In this document: piece by piece, positions 14,312 to 17,809 of the stretch | How positions within the stretch are numbered: position 1 is the stretch's first letter | How the letters are laid out: each line of letters begins with the position of its first letter | Virus record (IMG/VR): IMGVR_UViG_3300042448_001903 | Coordinates: 64,001-81,809 of that record | Origin: a virus | Taxonomy: Duplodnaviria > Heunggongvirae > Uroviricota > Caudoviricetes > Crassvirales | DNA: 17,809 nucleotides | Direction: 5' to 3' (one strand) | Made by a program: the position numbers and the translations under genes | Notes under the pieces: model-generated | Told to the model about the DNA's origin: nothing | The model's database searches: none | The model's input: only the letters and a program-made list of their open reading frames with translations

Positions 14312-16213
14312 TTATAAATTTATTTCGCAATTATTCCCAGCACATGCAGCAATAGCTCCAAAATCCACTGTATCATCTAATTCTACCACTTTTGTAAGAT
14401 CTATGGAATTTAATGAAGATATACGACTATTATATTCCTCTTCTGTAATGTCTTCAAAAGGAGCTTGAGCATAACTTCCTCCAAAATAAGGCAATACACT
14501 AAGACCATTGTAAAACTCCTGATTGTCCCACATCCATTCACCTACTATTTGCCACTCATCTTTTTCCCAAACATCACCGTGCTCTAAATGGAATGGATAT
14601 TTTCTATTTTTATCAATAGAAATTGTAGCACTTACATTATGTGTGTTATCCCCATTAACATGTCCTGGTAGGATCCATTCTTGGGAAAATCTTTTAACAC
14701 GCTCTAATGTATCAACAGCTGTTTCTGTTCTAAAAATAGACCCTTCTGGGGCTTTAACAGGAATCCTTACACATAATGTATCTTTTGGTCTTAATACATC
14801 ATCCTCACATAGTTCTGGATGATTTATTTCCAAATACATAGCAATGTCCTCATTCTTATTAAAACGCATTGTTCTTAGATAATAAGGAGCATGCCAAGCA
14901 TGAATACCACTAGCTGTTCCTAATACACAAGATGTTGTTCCTGAGGGTTTTATACATGTAACACGAGCTGCTTCATTTGTTCCTATAACAGCAGAAATTG
15001 TAGAATTTACATTCTTTGCTACAGCAGCAGCTATATCTAAGTTGTATTTCAATATTTCCCCAGAACCAATTCCAGTCATTCCTATTCCTAATAAAGCATC
15101 TTTATCAGTGGTTTGTTTCCATATAGGACGTAAATAATGGAAGTCTGTAAATCCAGCTTGTAATGTACCAAAGAAAGCAGCTACACCAGCTCTTTCATTA
15201 AGATCTTCCTGGCTAGTTATATCACTTACATTGAGCTCACATAAATTACAGAATTGGAATGGTCTTAATCCTATTTCGCAGCATGGATTGGTGCCCCAAT
15301 CTTTATTATTAGTCCAATAAAGACCTGGTTCTCCTGATCCACTAGCTTCAATCCTTTTCCAAAGATCAAAGAATTCTGTTTCTGATACATTATTTCTTTC
15401 TAAAACAGCACTATTATTAGATCTACCACGTTGCTCATTTAATTCCCACCAGTTTCCGTATTTACATGTAATCATTTCTTCGTCATCATGGCTAAATAAA
15501 GAAATCATAGCACTTCTTCTTATCCCCCCACTTAATACAGAGTTAGCAATGTGGCACATAATATCGTGACATTCTAAAGGAGATAATTTTTGGCCCACTT
15601 CTTTTCTATCTAACACAGCCTGTATATGGGCCAAACATAATTTTAATGGTTCTGGACCAGGTGCTTTTCCTCCAGCAGTGATTAATCTGGCTCCTTTATG
15701 TCTAATAGCTCTAAAATCAAATGTTGGCATAAAAGATCCTTCTAAATAAGCTTTCATAAGTACTTTTACAGCATCTGCCCAGCCCATAATAGAATCTTCT
15801 ATTAAATAATTTCTTTTTTTCCCTGGTTTTGTTATCTCTGGGAGTTGATTTACATGATGTTTTTGAACTGAAAATCCAACACCTGAACCCCCTAGTAATA
15901 AGAACATTGTCTCACTGAAGCTATACAGACTATCAATAGGTAAATAAGCACAATTATAACCTCTTGCATTATTAACTTCCATAGCTGGCCCAGCAAACTG
16001 TAAAGCTCTCATTGAAGGAAGAACCTTCCTCTCTCTAATAAACTTAGCACTATCAATAATAGCCACTTCTAATTTAGGATATTTCTTAATCAGCATCTGC
16101 TCATATCTATCCACTATTTCATCCCAGGTTTCTCTTCTTTTTTTCTCTGGAACATACTTACTGTATTTTGAAAACACAGTTATTTTACTCAACGCATCCA
16201 ATCCTAAATCCAT
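14312..16213 (-). CDS. nrdJ: class II (adenosylcobalamin-dependent) ribonucleotide reductase, monomeric RTPR type
   Basis: LPSMRAL, YNCAY, GGSGVG, GGIRRSAMI, TNPCCEI..CNL, KPSGT, C-terminal CAGNNC redox pair; 633 aa, no adjacent small subunit. Confidence 0.9.
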   Translation of the reverse strand: MDLGLDALSKITVFSKYSKYVPEKKRRETWDEIVDRYEQMLIKKYPKLEVAIIDSAKFIRERKVLPSMRALQFAGPAMEVNNARGYNCAYLPIDSLYSFSETMFLLLGGSGVGFSVQKHHVNQLPEITKPGKKRNYLIEDSIMGWADAVKVLMKAYLEGSFMPTFDFRAIRHKGARLITAGGKAPGPEPLKLCLAHIQAVLDRKEVGQKLSPLECHDIMCHIANSVLSGGIRRSAMISLFSHDDEEMITCKYGNWWELNEQRGRSNNSAVLERNNVSETEFFDLWKRIEASGSGEPGLYWTNNKDWGTNPCCEIGLRPFQFCNLCELNVSDITSQEDLNERAGVAAFFGTLQAGFTDFHYLRPIWKQTTDKDALLGIGMTGIGSGEILKYNLDIAAAVAKNVNSTISAVIGTNEAARVTCIKPSGTTSCVLGTASGIHAWHAPYYLRTMRFNKNEDIAMYLEINHPELCEDDVLRPKDTLCVRIPVKAPEGSIFRTETAVDTLERVKRFSQEWILPGHVNGDNTHNVSATISIDKNRKYPFHLEHGDVWEKDEWQIVGEWMWDNQEFYNGLSVLPYFGGSYAQAPFEDITEEEYNSRISSLNSIDLTKVVELDDTVDFGAIAACAGNNCEINL

Positions 16214-16234
16214 AAATTTTGTTTTTTTTTTGTT

Positions 16235-16274
16235 AAAAAATAAGGGGTTGCAAATATACTTTGCTTCCCCTTAT
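16235..16274 (-). terminator. intrinsic terminator hairpin upstream of nrdJ
   Basis: Minus strand ATAAGGGG-AA-GCAAA-gtata-TTTGC-AA-CCCCTTAT-TTTTT. Confidence 0.7.
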
Positions 16275-16281
16275 AAAACAA
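16251..16281 (-). promoter_or_regulatory. Bacteroidota promoter for nrdJ, overlapping the terminator hairpin
   Basis: TTG (16281-16279), 20-nt spacer, TATATTTG (16258-16251). Confidence 0.6.
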
Positions 16282-16296
16282 CTACATATAAAAATA

Positions 16297-16527
16297 TTAC
16301 TTAACCATTTTCCTTATTTTAGCTCCCAATACAGTATCATCTGGTTCTTCTCTAACCAAGGTGATTAATTTTTCTAAATAAAGGCTAAGATCCATAGCTT
16401 CCTCTTGAGCATGAAGCAGATAATCATCAGAATTGTTGTTTTCTAGTGTAGAATTATACTTACGTATTCCTACAGCACTTCTTGTTTGGTATTTTTCAAC
16501 CACTTGGTCCACTATTTTATCCTTCAT
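16297..16527 (-). CDS. small helical protein, possibly of the all-alpha NTP pyrophosphohydrolase (MazG-like) superfamily
   Basis: G.RKY..TL......LLHAQEEAMDLSLYL shows an EE..D acidic helix pattern. Confidence 0.4.
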   Translation of the reverse strand: MKDKIVDQVVEKYQTRSAVGIRKYNSTLENNNSDDYLLHAQEEAMDLSLYLEKLITLVREEPDDTVLGAKIRKMVK

Positions 16528-16819
16528 GAGTCTTTCTTTTTATAAGTTCATTTTCCACTGTAAGTAGAAAATTTAAGTGTTTTTCTACTTCTGCTTCTAT
16601 AATATACCCAATTTTACCAATAATTTCTCCTAAATTAGTATAAAATCTAGAAGAATCAAACTTTATTTTAATTTGGCTATATTCGAACCCTGGAATTTTA
16701 ATTAATTCCTTAAACATTGCATCTAAATAAGTTATTACAGCAGGGTAGGAAATACTTAATCCATAGTGTCCTTCCTCTAAATAATCTTTGTATTTTTCGT
16801 TAAATTCCTGTGTTGTCAT
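16517..16819 (-). CDS. hypothetical protein (start probably MTTQEF at 16819)
   Basis: ORF track 16517..16831; contains QIKIKFDSSRFY. Confidence 0.6.
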   Translation of the reverse strand: MTTQEFNEKYKDYLEEGHYGLSISYPAVITYLDAMFKELIKIPGFEYSQIKIKFDSSRFYTNLGEIIGKIGYIIEAEVEKHLNFLLTVENELIKRKTHEG

Positions 16820-17393
16820 TATCATCATCATTATTAATGTTTTGTAGTTTACTTAATTCATGTTTTAATACACTTACAGTGTATCCCTTATCATATTTAG
16901 TCTTAGGATCTAACATTTTAATCCTTTCGGCCAACTCTTCTCTTAGTCCATCTTCATAAAATTTAGATTCAATAGCTTCAGCAAGGTTATTCATCTGTTC
17001 TGTACCATATATAGATATTCTAAGATCAAACCAATCCCATTTTGTCTTATAATCATTGATAGATAATCCTTTAGTCAATTTACGTTTTAAATTGTGCAAT
17101 GTTCTATTACGCACTCTAACAATAGAATTATCATCACCAAATAAATGTAAAAATCTTAATATCCACCTAGGACACCATTTAGGCCTTGCTTTGTAATCCA
17201 TGAATATTACCAATGGTTCCATTGCTTCAAATATTCCACCTTTCTCTCTCCAAGGAACAGAGCCCAAATAATGATATTTTTCATAAAAGTTTTTTGGAAA
17301 AAATACAGCTCTAATATCATCTAATGTAATATTACGAGTGTGAATAAATTTGTATTTCTTGCCTTTAAAAAGGACAACATCTTTTATATTCAT
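16800..17393 (-). CDS. hypothetical protein
   Basis: 197-aa ORF overlapping both neighbours in an operon-like way. Confidence 0.65.
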   Translation of the reverse strand: MNIKDVVLFKGKKYKFIHTRNITLDDIRAVFFPKNFYEKYHYLGSVPWREKGGIFEAMEPLVIFMDYKARPKWCPRWILRFLHLFGDDNSIVRVRNRTLHNLKRKLTKGLSINDYKTKWDWFDLRISIYGTEQMNNLAEAIESKFYEDGLREELAERIKMLDPKTKYDKGYTVSVLKHELSKLQNINNDDDNDNTGI

Positions 17394-17809
17394 AAATTAT
17401 TTAATTTAATTTGTCCATCTACAATAGTTAAATATTCTTGACTATCATCTAATGTATCTACAAAATAATAACGTCCTCCAGACGATTTTCCTTCAAAATC
17501 AATATGTTTCCTATGTGTATGCCCCACTATTTGGATATACTTGGATTTTAATTCACTCTCTTTATTAGCTTTTAATAAAGCTGTTGGTCTAATCCATATA
17601 GGAGTTTGTTTTACATGGTCTCCAAGACCGCTAAAATCATATGGAGAAAAGTCAAAAAGAAGAGGTTTATATTTAAATAACTCATTCAAAGTTAAATCAA
17701 TATCATCTATATTATATCCATCTTCTCCAAACATTTCTCCCATAAAATGTTCACTCACTCCTGCATGTGTAAATAAAAAATGATCCATTGTATAAGCCAT
17801 TTGTAAATG
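17390..17809 (-). CDS. calcineurin-like metallophosphoesterase, C-terminal part (5' end lies outside the window)
   Basis: FLFTHAGVS, PIWIRP and QIVGHT motifs; the frame stays open to the window edge. Confidence 0.8.
   Translation of the reverse strand, partial: HLQMAYTMDHFLFTHAGVSEHFMGEMFGEDGYNIDDIDLTLNELFKYKPLLFDFSPYDFSGLGDHVKQTPIWIRPTALLKANKESELKSKYIQIVGHTHRKHIDFEGKSSGGRYYFVDTLDDSQEYLTIVDGQIKLNNL

Noticed and set aside
1341-17783. Antisense or alternate-frame ORFs in the track (1341-1553, 1709-1948, 5143-5346, 6277-6504, 6375-6809, 6562-6990, 7493-7774, 7741-8178, 9372-9554, 9569-9751, 10862-11086, 11500-11715, 12914-13096, 14523-14822, 17541-17783)
   Set aside because: Each lies opposite or inside a better-supported gene. 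Their F/L/V-rich composition is the mirror of AAA/ACN-rich sense codons (for example poly-Val opposite poly-Thr).

Overview
This AT-rich window (roughly 30% GC by eye) is part of a tailed-phage genome. The host is very probably in Bacteroidota: TTG-N19/20-TAnnTTTG promoters are present and genes have A-rich leaders with no Shine-Dalgarno sequence. Two convergent gene blocks meet at a perfect bidirectional terminator (8881-8912). The + block holds a lysis cassette (small membrane proteins, M15 endolysin, an inserted GIY-YIG/NUMOD3 endonuclease, a spanin-like lipoprotein), a putative virion fibre protein, a GT-A glycosyltransferase flanked by two micro-proteins with poly-Thr tails, a ferritin/Dps-like protein, and a run of Lys-rich proteins that share N-terminal and Gly-Gly motifs. 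The - block holds DNA/nucleotide metabolism genes: metallophosphoesterase (partial), class II RNR, RecA with an HNH-containing intein in its P-loop, dUTPase, an HTH protein, an HNH nuclease, PhoH and a GT2. Best candidates for undescribed systems: (1) a phage-encoded protein O-glycosylation module, i.e. a GT95/GT96-like enzyme between two T7-tailed micro-proteins, one of which reuses the N-terminal module of the upstream fibre protein; (2) a modular array of basic, possibly protease-processed capsid cargo proteins. No database searches were run. Family calls come from motif recognition and need HMM or structure confirmation.
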